From assembly GCA_046563655.1 (NCBI GenBank), contig CM102285.1:11594001-11658000 (forward strand): a stretch of DNA of 64,000 nt, read 5' to 3'. Below, one piece after another: positions 49,161 to 60,375 of this stretch. The notes below the pieces were generated by a model, which did no database searches, was not told where the DNA came from, and saw nothing but the letters and a program-made list of their open reading frames with translations. The DNA comes from Yuukianura sp. NJ FZ-2021. Taxonomy: Eukaryota. The position numbers were made by a program, and so were the translations under genes. The first letter of the stretch is position 1. Every line of letters starts with the position of its first letter.

Positions 49161-52100
49161 CTAGTTGATGGCGGAAGTAGAAACATTTGAGTTGCATTTG
49201 GAGAAAGCCTCCAGGAAGAGCGGAGAGATCAATTCCTCAGATGCTGACGCTCCTGAGGAACTTAGAGCATTTCCAACCTGAGTCGAAATCAACACTTCAT
49301 AACGAGTTCACAGTAAGGGCAACTGACTCAAAACATTCAATTTAGGTGTACAAATGTTAGTTAAGAATTAGAAAACTTACGTATTCCACTTCTCTGAAAA
49401 CTCGAAGAAAGTTTCTGCCAGCCACATTCTTCAGTTCGTCCAGCGACCAATTGGAGTAGCGACAAAGTTCTACGAATAAGTTTGGATACTTGGATACATC
49501 TTCAAGTCCTTCAGGGGTCCTTAACAAATAAAAAAGGTTCGTAAGTTTGGAAATTTTGAAAATGCGCATTTCGAAAAATAAAAGTCAAAATCGAAATTTT
49601 GGAAATGGAGATTTCTGGAGCGATTTGATGTTTTTTGGCTAATGTTAATCTTTGATTAGCGTAGGTTTGCGCCATAATGCTGGCGGGTGAAAGTGAGTTA
49701 CGGGTTGGCGATAGCGTCATTTCTGTTCAGATTCAGTTCGAATGATAAGAAAAAGCGGAGAAAACAGTTGATTCAATGGGGAATTGGATTTCTAATTACA
49801 GATTTCGGTGGAGATGACCTTCCAGATTGTGCTTTGGAGGCAATGAAACAATTTTGTTGACCTGGCTATGTCATGCCCTTGGCTTTCCTTGCACGGTTCA
49901 TTGCCTTCTTTCTTCTGACTTTCACTAATTGCTACAAGGTAATTCATCTTGATGAACACAGAAATCAATACGCCAATGCCTTTATCTTTACTTTCTATTG
50001 GATTTTTCTGGTCCTCTCCTCACTTCCACTAAATCCTATCATCCTGTTCCACTTTCCTATTTTTCTGCAGACGCACGGAGAACGTGTCAAATGTTGGCTA
50101 ATAAGTTCACTTCAACCTTTCCGCGTTCCTGCCTCCTCTTCAAAATGGTGTGGCTAATGTCAATGTCAACAGCTGAGGTCAACTTGGGCAAATTGACCTC
50201 ATTTGGACGAAAAGTTTAGAAAAACTTCAAACAGCAATGGAGAAAATTCTGCTACAACAACAAAATTCAAAACTTGGTACTGTACTTTCACCTTACCTAT
50301 CCAAAACAAAATTCGTGGAAGAAATTTTGTTTAAGTTTTTTAATCTTATGAAATCAGAATTAACTTAACATAAAACTCACCGATTAATGCCGTCAAAGTC
50401 CCCACCAATTCCAATATGGTCGATTCCAATTTTTCCGCGAATGTAGTTTATATGTTCTGCATAATATTGACACGATTTAAAAAATATTACGAGTTAGTTT
50501 AGTAGAAAAACATACAGACCAGTTTTTTTTAATTGAGGCAAATATGTAACTTTCAGGTTCAAAGTTATAACGCGAAACACGAAATTCAATTTTACTATTT
50601 TTGAATTCTGATTTCTAATGTTCATTTAAGAAAGGTATTCAAATAATATTTCTTTGTATATTTTTTTCGTAATGCGAGTCAAAGTTTACCGGAGTCATGT
50701 TATTTTGGAATAAAAAAAAACTAAAATAAGACTACAGTCACAAAAAAGTGGACGAAATCCTAGAGGGACCGGAGAAAGAAACATGACAAAAATTTTCTCG
50801 CCTTTGCAAGTTATCCTAACTTGTGTTTAGAGTGACAAACTTTTTGTAACTTGAATTTTTTGGTAAGCAGAAAAAGTCCGTTTTCTCCAAAAACTTGGCC
50901 GAAACCATGTAAGGGAGACAAGTTGAAGGAAAAAGTCAAGGAATTACTTACTTGCAACGTCACGTACTGTGGCAACTGGCTGACATTTTACAAAGAAGTT
51001 GTAAAACGTGACCATAACGATCCCACGGTTCCAAACCTACATTTTTATTATTAAAAATAGGCCACCAATAAGTCTCTTTCTGGAAGGGACCAGTAGGAAC
51101 TTTTTCTTTCTACTTTGGGTATTTTTGTTAAAAATGGAAAGCGGTGCTGGCAGTGGCGCGTGCGACCGTGACCAGCCGCGGTGAAAGTGGTAGCATAGGA
51201 ACAATGGAAATGTAGCGGAAGGAACTGGAAAAAGGAAGTGAAAGCACTTGGGATTTTTCTGGAAAGGCGTAACGACAGAGGTAGGTTTTGCGACTCTTCA
51301 GTTGGATATGACTTAAGGAACCAAAAATTTTGCTGAATTTGCCAAAGGTGAGAGAGCATCTAACCGTCACTGCTGTTTTTCGGTTCAGTGAATATGCAAT
51401 CTGCGGCATTTCCAGATTTTAATTATAAGGAAGGTTCATGCTATGCAGATTGGGTACTGTCGAAAGTGTCTTTTCTGGAAGAGGGATTCGGTTTCTTACA
51501 AGTTCCTTGAGAATGTCGTCTGGAACGTTGCGACTAGAGTTGCACAATGCGTAGGCAGATGAATGGGAAAATATGACTGGAGCTCTTGACACCTTCAGAG
51601 TATCTCTCATCGTCAAAGACGAACTGTGAGAAAGGTCAACCACCATGCCCAATCTGTTCATCTCTCGCACCACGGTCTACCAAACACCAAAACCGACTTG
51701 GTTATGTTAGGCCCACATATTATAATAAGAAGCTAAACAACAGGCTCTGAATCTTTGATATATTTTTTCAAAATTTAAATTTTTAGAAAAATATTTTGGA
51801 CAAATGTTGAAAAATCTGACCCGTCCGAATTCAGTAAGTCCTCCATGTTGTGGCTTGTGTCCTTTGGTTTCAACAATGGACGAGTCGGCCCTGTAAAGTG
51901 AAAGTTGTTTTGTGTTTTTGGAAAGTGAAACATTAAGTACCACTTTGGAATTCAAGTGAGGAATTTAATTTCGTACCAAGGCGAATTGCAATTGTGGCTC
52001 AACGTCAAACTTCTGACTCCAGCGTCATAAAATGCCCTTAGAACGGCCAAACTATTTCCAATGGAATGACCCCCTTAAACCCCCAAAAACAACACAACTG

Positions 52101-55100
52101 ATCAAACTTTCACTCCAAGGTTCTTTTTTCATTCAAGCTTCGATTTTTGTTTTTTGAAAAAGTCATTTCAAACCTTCAACTGCAATCAAACTGGCAATTT
52201 TCCCGTCTTTATGAGCTCTTTCGATATCTAGAAAGTTATGTAAACAGAGGAACTATAAAAGAACTAAAAGTAGACATAACTATTGATTGGAAAATTCTGG
52301 AATTTTTGGAATCGAGTTTTCTAAAATTCGAGATTTTCGACAAAATTCGAACTTTACCATCGGGCGTGAGAGCAAGTGCTAGAGATTCTGGATACTTTGC
52401 GATGAGTCTTCGGATCAAATCAATTTGTTCCAGTGTAATTTGAACAGCGTTTAAATGCTGAGCTTGACACGGAGCATATGCCACCCAGAGCTAGAAAATT
52501 TCAAAGAATAAACTATTTTTCGAGAAACAGGTAAAAATGATTTACTGCTTTCACTAAAAGTGAAAAATACTGAAGCCCATAAACTACTTTTTTTAGTAGA
52601 TTAAATTGAAAATACCTGTCCCCCGACACGTCCTTGGCGAAGCCTTGGAAGATCCGTTTGAGACCAAGCACTTTTGGACCAAGGTGGAACTGCCCGCAGA
52701 TCGGAGTTGAAGTCAAAGTCTTGAAGTTGACCGTGCAGGAATTGGCGCAAATTCCAAGGCAAGTCGTTATGACTTCATTTAGCGTGTCACATCCAGAAGC
52801 GGAGAAAACAAAAATTCCCACAAAAAAAAGTCCAAATAAAACAACGCGTTTATACCTTCTGTTTTTCAAAAGTTTTCTAAACAGTTGCTTTAGAACCAGG
52901 CAAAACACAGACATAAACAAAATGCTTGAAAATGTTTTCATTTATGAAATGGTAAACTATTTGAAAACACACCAAACAAGATCTATCATCGCGCATTTCA
53001 CGCACGCACCCTACAAAAAAAGGAAGAGAGAAAGTTTTGTAATCTGGACATAACGTAACAGCAACAGCGGTCAGAGATCAAATATTTTTTTTTGTACATA
53101 CATAGTATGACATTTTTTAATTGAAGAGCTCACGAAATCCAACTCCTTTAAGAGAATTTTGTAAGAGAAATTTCGATGATTCCAAACGCAATTGTAACCG
53201 GACAACAATTTAGAACCAACACACCCACCTCCACTGACGAAGAGGGTCAAGAGGTCATTGACCACTCACATATCATTTCCTTTGAAGATCCAGGTGAAAT
53301 ACGAACTTCCATTCATCTCGATGAGGCTAAAAAGTACCACGCTGCTGGAAGAGACGGCTACTACACACCGCCAGATTCCGAATCTGATGTCGATGATCCA
53401 CCAGACCACTTTTGGGAACAACAAAATCCACCGCCTCAGCGTCAACTCCAACCTGTCGACGGTCGTCTTTCAAATCAAGCCGAGAATGTTGTAACCTCGC
53501 AGCGTCCAAATCAAGTAGCCAATCAGAGCCACCCAGTGAAAGATGCTGGACAAAGTATTTCAACTTACCAAAAGTCCCCTAGTGACGAACGACGCCTGCC
53601 ATTGGAAGATTCACATTTATCAAAGCGTCATCCAAGGCAAGGACTCGAGCAGTATCAAAATAGACAACAGTTGAACATGCCCAAGAAAAACGAAAATGGC
53701 AGAAAGTATCACGCAGGAGGCGGAGCCGCTGGTGACGCATGCTCAGTCCGAGCTGAGTTTACGGAATACGAAAATTCCATGCCGCATCGAAAGGCGGAAG
53801 TTCCTTGTCATGTTTCTCCAACCCAAGAAACGACTGAATCGGACAACTACAGATACTTGGAGCTGGATTCTGGAAATTTTTTGGGTTCAATGACAATGAA
53901 GGCACATCCTTTGCTGAAATCAATTGAATTCAGCGCGAAGCGTGTTCTAGTTAGAACTTGGACAGATGGAACAAAGCCACTCGACTCGTCGGACGCAGCA
54001 CGACGAAAACGATCTCCGCACATTCCACTTCGCAATTCACACGCCAAGTACACTGCGCGACTCCATTGCGAATTTCTAATGTTGGAACTCAACAACGGTC
54101 TGTACCAAACGCTGGACGACCTGCGCAGTCAGAATCCTTTCGTTACAGAGCGTACGCCCACAAAGGCACCTCGTCCACCGACTACGCCTAAACGACTCGT
54201 CACTCCGCTTGTATCAAACGAACGTGGACCACCGAATACTGCCGAACGGCATGAAGAGCCGATTGTACCTATCGAGGTACCAATCACACCGCTTACACCC
54301 CGTGAACCTCCAGAAATGCCGCAACAACTTGCAGTACCGGCTAAATCCGAACGACCTGAACAACGACCACCAAAAATTCCTCCTGCCGAAATTCCCCACA
54401 ATGAAAATCGAGGATTCATAAACGCTGGAACGAGTAAAACAAATACCAAGCCAGCAATGAATCCAACTTCCTCAGCAGCGGCATTTCAACGGCTCAATGC
54501 TGTTTATGGTGCGAGTCGAATTCCGCTTAGCCAGGCTAGGAGACTGCGCATGGCAGAAGCGATGAAGATCAAGGGAAATCCGTTACGCAAGACAAAGACT
54601 CCGGAAATTCCAGCAGTAAATGCAGTGCCTCCGTCTCAATCCAAAGCTTCGTCCATTGTTAAGTCGGTTAGCACTCAATTAAATCCGGTCAATTACAGCA
54701 AGAAGCCAGGTATAACAGTTAATTGTTATAATAAAGTTTAGTTTTACCAAGAAAAAGTAACTGTAACAAAAATGTTAACTTTAGAGGTCATCCCTTCACA
54801 CAAGGTTCTTCCGAAGCCAGGTCAAACTATTGCTGTTCCTCAACACATTGTACGCAAGGCACGCCCTCCGCGTCCACTGACGCGAGGTTACGGCTTCACA
54901 AATGTAACACGAACATACTGGAATCCTGCTGCAAAGAAGACGTACACAACCAAGGACAACATTTCAACGCAAAACCTCGGTCGAGTTCTTACGGCTCAAA
55001 AAAGTGCGAGGGTGTCTCTGAGTGATGTGGAAGAAGTAATGCAGAGTCCGCGGGGAAACAAAAAAGTCAAATCTTGGCCAAAGGTCATCAAGGTCAGAAC

Positions 55101-58100
55101 TCCACGCAAGACAAGGAACCAACCACAATTTGGCGGCGTCAGGAAACAGCCAAAGGGAAAGTAAAATGAATTTCTTTTTGTTAGTACTCATTCTTCTGGA
55201 AAATGGAAATAAAAACGGAAAAAACCTTCTGAATTTGAGAATTTCCTAAACTTCTTGTTTCAAAAAATTTTCTCCGTTGGTTTACATTAGAAAATGAACC
55301 AAAAAGATGAAGAGCAATACAAAAATCTAATTTGAACTAACCTAAAACTGAATGTTTTGTTATGTTTCCATGTCAACGAGTGATCAAACGCTGTTCAATG
55401 ATCAAACAACTCAAAAAAGCTCAATTTCATGAATTTCATTTCTTCTCAAGCAACACAATCGAGCTCTGTTTTAGGAATTTTGAAAAACAAAACCTTGATT
55501 CCGGTTCTGAGAATCTCGTTCTTCGGTTTTACCGAATTTTTTTGTTGTTCACAAGAATGCCGTGTTTTGCAAAACGTGGGCCGAAGCCTGGAGCAGGTCA
55601 AACTCGGACTGTTTCAAGAAGGAGGGCTAGGCCTAAATCGTAATTTTAATCAGAATCTCTTTTTAAATTTTCAAAATTTAAATTTTGAAAGACAATTTTT
55701 GGATTCATTTAGTCAAGGAAGAGGTGGGAGTGATGGCGAAGGAGAGGGAGATGGACTGTATAAACGACAGTATCGACAAAAAGGCTTCAAACAAAGAAGT
55801 GTTAAGAGGGCTGTTGGAGCAGAGGGCTTGGAAAACTGTCGATTTGGTCCAGAGGTGACCTTTGACCTTCCATTTTGAAATTTCAAAAAAGTCAAAGCCA
55901 CGCGAAAGGCATTTTTTGAAAATTTTGTTTTTGAACAGGTCGTGATTGACTATGTGGAATGTACACCACTCCCCCTCTGGAACTGCACCGATGAACTTGT
56001 GGATTATGTTTCAGTTTCAGCCAAAGCTTCAACAGAAATAATTCCAGTGGTGAGCTAGTAATTTTTTTTTTCTAGATTTTTCTAGTTTTAGGTTTTCTAA
56101 ATAAATCGGTTTTGTCCCGAAGAGAAATTGGAGCTATTGAATGGTTGAGTGGAAATTGAATTCCAGAGTCCTAAAGGAGGAAAGCGAATCACCGAGAATG
56201 AAAGTGAAGAAGAAGATGGGGAAGAGGAAAGTGTTGTTTCGAAACGCACTGGTTTGGAAGAAGATGCGCTTCAGAGGTCAAATCCAATGACATGGGATCC
56301 CTATCTCACTGATCTTGAAGAAGATGAATTTGCAGCCGAGGCTGCTTTGAGCCCTGACCACTTCAAAATCGCTTGTAACATTTCGGATTTAAAACTTTGT
56401 CTAGAAATCTCATCACTTCTCCCAGGCTTTGCTCTGACATGTTAGGTTATCTAACAGACACTTGACCTATTCCAGATCACCTTCCTCTAGAGACTGACTC
56501 AGAAGTTTACGAAAAGGCTGTCGAAACAGTTCAGATCTTAAGGGCCGATGGATCCCTTGACCTCAAGGATCGAGTGAAAGTCATCCTAAAGGAAACCAAA
56601 ACTGAATTTTTGATTCAAACATTAGGTCATGTCATGCTCGAGCAAGGAGAAGCAGGCGGTGAAATGAAACTGAAAAATGAAAAATACCTAAAGGTGCGTG
56701 TTGAGATGTTTTGAAGAAAAAATGTTAGGTTATGCTATTTTTCCTGCAAGATTAACACGCTTTGACCTCGGGTTACCCGAATTCGGGTAAAATCTACAGG
56801 TATGTCAAGATCATCTTGAGTTGGATATTTATGGCGACCGTGCTACTCAGACGTATGTCGATGGAGAACGGGACAAGTACACGCAGTTAGTAGGTGTTGG
56901 AGTTCTGGACAAAAGTCAACTGGTCAACGACTACATTATGTTTGATGACTATGAAGAATTGGCAGAGAAAGAACGGCTGAAGAAAGCCAAGGACGAAGGT
57001 CAGGTTTCGAATTTTGTTTCTATTGAAAAGTGAAAACTCAACAAACGGTTTAAACTTCCAAATTTTGAACTTTTTCGCTAAACTTTTCCTTTTCTTTTGA
57101 ACTTTCAGAGGAAGCGATTATCAAGTCGTTAGCTGAAGGCACCCAGGAAACTGTAGCTGAAAGTGCATATGAAGGTTCGTCTGACGAGGTAGACAGCGAT
57201 GACGACGAGAAGCAACAGGCTCAATCCCAAGTTGAATGGAACAAAATTGATGAGCACTTTGACCTGGATGAAGAACTGTTTCCGCCAGAAGATATGAATG
57301 ACCTAGACGAAGACCTGGAAGTTCCGTCCGATGAAGAGCTGGATGTCAAAGTTCAAATTGATGGTAATTTTAGGCTAACGATAAGCAATCTTTTTCTAGA
57401 AAATAGCTAAGTCGTTTTGAACGTTTTTTCATTTTTCAAAATTTGAAAATCAGAGTTGTACAGCAAAAGGCTAGAAAAATCGCTCAAGAGTCGACCCAAG
57501 CTGTTACCAGACATTTCCTACTCCGTCATGGTTCTGGAACGAATTGCTTCAACCATCAAATACCAAAAGAAGCACATGGAGATTCGTGGATTTGAGCCAA
57601 TGTTTAAGAGGGAGTTGACCCGTGAGTGACCTATGCTTACTAGAGGTCAATGACCTTAAAAGAATTAATTGTGACGCTTAACGTTTTGACAGGGCGTCAA
57701 ATTTATCAGCTTCGGAATGATGCATTGGTTGAATCTGGACCAACGCTTAAGCGATTTTGGGTCTACAAGCCAAACATGACCAAGGGGATGGACGTAACAA
57801 GCATTTCCGTTCATCCGACAAATGGCGTATGTTCCAAATTTTGAAAACTCGAATTCCAAATTTGAAATACTTTTCTTTGAGTTGACCTTTGACCTTTCGT
57901 TTTTAGAATATCGTCGCTGCTTCTTATGGAAGTAACTCATACCCTGCGACGCCTGCTCCAGGAACACACAATACTGCTTCACTGGGACTGGTTTTTGTCT
58001 GGAGCCTAAAAAACATAAATTCTCCAGAACGAACGTACCATTTTGACGCTTCCGCACAAATCGTCGTCTTTTCAAATTTGACACCCTACCTGTTGGCAAT

Positions 58101-60375
58101 TGGACTTTTGGATGGAAATATTTTCATATACGATGTCCGCAGCACTGAACCTAAAATTTTTTGCAGCACTGAGTAAGGCTTGTTAAGCATTCCTTGTCTG
58201 AACAAGCTTTTATTGCAGTCTATTCGTGTTTGAATAGGAGGATGATTGAAAAGCCAATTGGTCCAATATGGGATTTGTATTGGTTACAAGAGACAGAAAT
58301 GGCTTCAACGGGAACTGTCAAAGAAGTGCTCGTTTCTGTTTCTGATGATGGTTGTCTCTATCGCTGGACTTCTGCAAAAGGATTTGAACCATGGGGTTGG
58401 AGTTTCAAAATTTCGAAAATTTTCATTTTGATTTTAATTTTGAATTCATTCCTCTTTTTAGTTTTGCTGAAAGTTCGACGAAGTCCACTGAAAATTCCAG
58501 GACGAAGAGAAAAGCGAGCCGAGGCGCTAATTTCTCAGTGGTCAGCAACCTACACTATTTGCTTTTATCCGGATGACCTCACCTTGTATCTGATTGGTAC
58601 CGAGGAAGGATTCATTCACAAGGTCGGCATTCAAAATTTCATAATTTTGATGAAAACAAAATTTTTGAAAAAAAAAAATGTATTTACGTTTGTTTCCTTT
58701 CTCCAGTGCACAACTTCATACGTGGAGCAGTTTATCACAACTTATGTGAGCCACACTGGACCAGTTTATGCCATTCGGTTTTCTCCATTTGCCAAAGACA
58801 TTTTCATCAGTTGCGGCGGTGACTGGTGCGTCAAAATTTGGAAAGAAGATGCTCCCGCCGCACCGCTTTTGAGCCTCTTTACTGGATTGGTATTTTGAAA
58901 CAAAATTTAATCTGACGCGAGTGTTACCACTTTTACCACGATAACTTTCGCAGTATCTTTTCAGTTCAAATTTTCATGATCCTCTGTGTACTCTTACAGC
59001 GAACTGTCTTTGATGTGGCTTGGGCCCCTGCCATGCCCTCCGTATTTGTCTCTGCTAATGAACTTCACATGGAGATTTGGGACATCACTGTCAACACGCT
59101 CGAACCTATCATTCAGTTCAAACTTCCACACCTCGGTTTGCGACGCGTCAGTTTCTATCACTACGTTCAGGTTAGCCTAGTTTTTGCATCATAATCCTTA
59201 TGAAAACATCATTCTCAAACAAAGTGAAATCCACCAAAGCGTAAGTGCTTCCGTTACGCAGGGTCTTCTAATCGGAGATAATGACGGAGGGATCACTGTG
59301 TATGCTCTCAGAAACTTTCCAGAACAACCAGAAACGCCTCAAGAGAAAGTCAGTTTTAGAATTCAAATACCCAGAGTGATTAGAAATTTTGAGACTAAAA
59401 GACTAAAATTGTACTTTGAATCGATTTTTCTAGATCGACTACTTGTTGGAAGGACTAATCCCTGGATACAAGCGGCAAACGAGTGAAGAAGCTCCAAAAC
59501 CTGCTGAGCACCTTGTGGAACCAGAAACTTCGGATGAAGAAGAAGATGATGAAGAAGACGAAGATGAGGAAGAGGAAGAAGAAGACGAGGAAGAAACTGA
59601 ACGGCATGATAAGGTCATTGACGTTGACCATAAAGCGTTTATGAATGACCTACAAGAAGTTCTACAAACCATGTCGGCTGACATTGCAGCTACAACTAAA
59701 GCTTCACCTAAAAAGAAAAAGAAGAGTTCAACCTAAAAAAAAACGTCACATAATCTAACAAAAACCGATTTGACTTAACTTGTAAAAGTAAAATCTTAAA
59801 AAACTTAAAATATCCATCTTCAATGGATCGATACAGATTCACTACTTTCTCTTCCAGATTTTCACCCGCATATTTTTTGAAATCACAAATTAGATTTTTT
59901 TTGTTAAAGAATTGACTCACCCGTCAATTAATGGAGATTCCGTCAAAGCCTTGTGCACCAAAGCATACAACTTGTCTAGATTTTCTTTGTCAGTGGTTCC
60001 TTGTGGTGCCTGGTAGTTGATTTTGGTGAGTGAAAGTGGAAGTGGGTTGGTTAGGTTAAGTTTGTCGACTCCTCGGTTTTCAATTGAACCGATACTAAAG
60101 GACTTGTCAGCTCGGATACACGGTGATTGAAGAGCCGAGATCATTAGGAAGACGAGGATTCCAATTTCAAAACTTTTTCCCGTCAAAGTTGAATTGGAAG
60201 ACGGGTGAGGTAAGGCGGAATTTGACGGTAGCGGTGGTGGAACTGAATGACAGCTTTTACCGTCGTCACTTTCTCCAATATCTGAGTCAGGCGTTTTGGT
60301 TTGCGGAAGAAGTGACTTGGGTTTGAACCCACGACTACCCTTGTGAGTCTTCGTTTTGAGCAACAAGGCCAACAT
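49161..60375 (-). CDS. DPEP: Membrane/renal dipeptidase (peptidase M19) family gene; one exon appears disrupted in this sequence
   Basis: Exons ~59921-60375 (..SPLIDG), 52617-52772 ([24 protein letters not shown]), 52357-52490 ([16 protein letters not shown]), ~51977-52074 ([26 protein letters not shown]), 51820-51891 (GLTEFGR), 51500-51676 ([29 protein letters not shown]), 50951-51037, 50381-50456 ([14 protein letters not shown]), 49381-49520 ([11 protein letters not shown]), 49161-49277. Further 5' exons are possible. Confidence 0.88.
53176..55164 (+). CDS. Uncharacterised Pro-rich, largely disordered protein (~640 aa, 2 exons) nested in the dipeptidase intron
   Basis: 1.5-kb stop-free, GC-elevated ORF. 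Donor CAG|GTATAA at ~54709 and acceptor TTAG|AG at ~54784 join in frame to the 54772-55164 ORF. AATAAA at ~55208. No family recognised. Confidence 0.75.
55557..59736 (+). CDS. WDR78: WD-repeat axonemal dynein intermediate chain WDR78/DNAI4-like, nested in the dipeptidase intron
   Basis: Motifs [45 protein letters not shown]...[50 protein letters not shown]. Acidic then basic tail. Start codon and first exon uncertain. Confidence 0.87.
57644..57656. promoter_or_regulatory. Perfect IR1 palindrome AGGTCA-A-TGACCT (consensus ecdysone response element) in an intron
   Basis: Sequence tagAGGTCAATGACCTta. Motif match only; function untested. Confidence 0.4.
59534..59594 (+). repeat. Coding GAR/GAY trinucleotide-like repeat giving a poly-Glu/Asp tract in the WDR78 tail
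   Basis: gatgaagaagaagatgatgaagaagacgaagatgaggaagaggaagaagaagacgaggaagaa. Confidence 0.85.

Noticed and set aside
52513..53053. ORFs of 142 aa (-) and 139 aa (+)
   Set aside because: Off-frame or antisense overlaps of the dipeptidase HNDLPW exon and adjacent intron.
59439..59684. Minus-strand poly-Ser ORF
   Set aside because: Antisense shadow of the WDR78 acidic tail.
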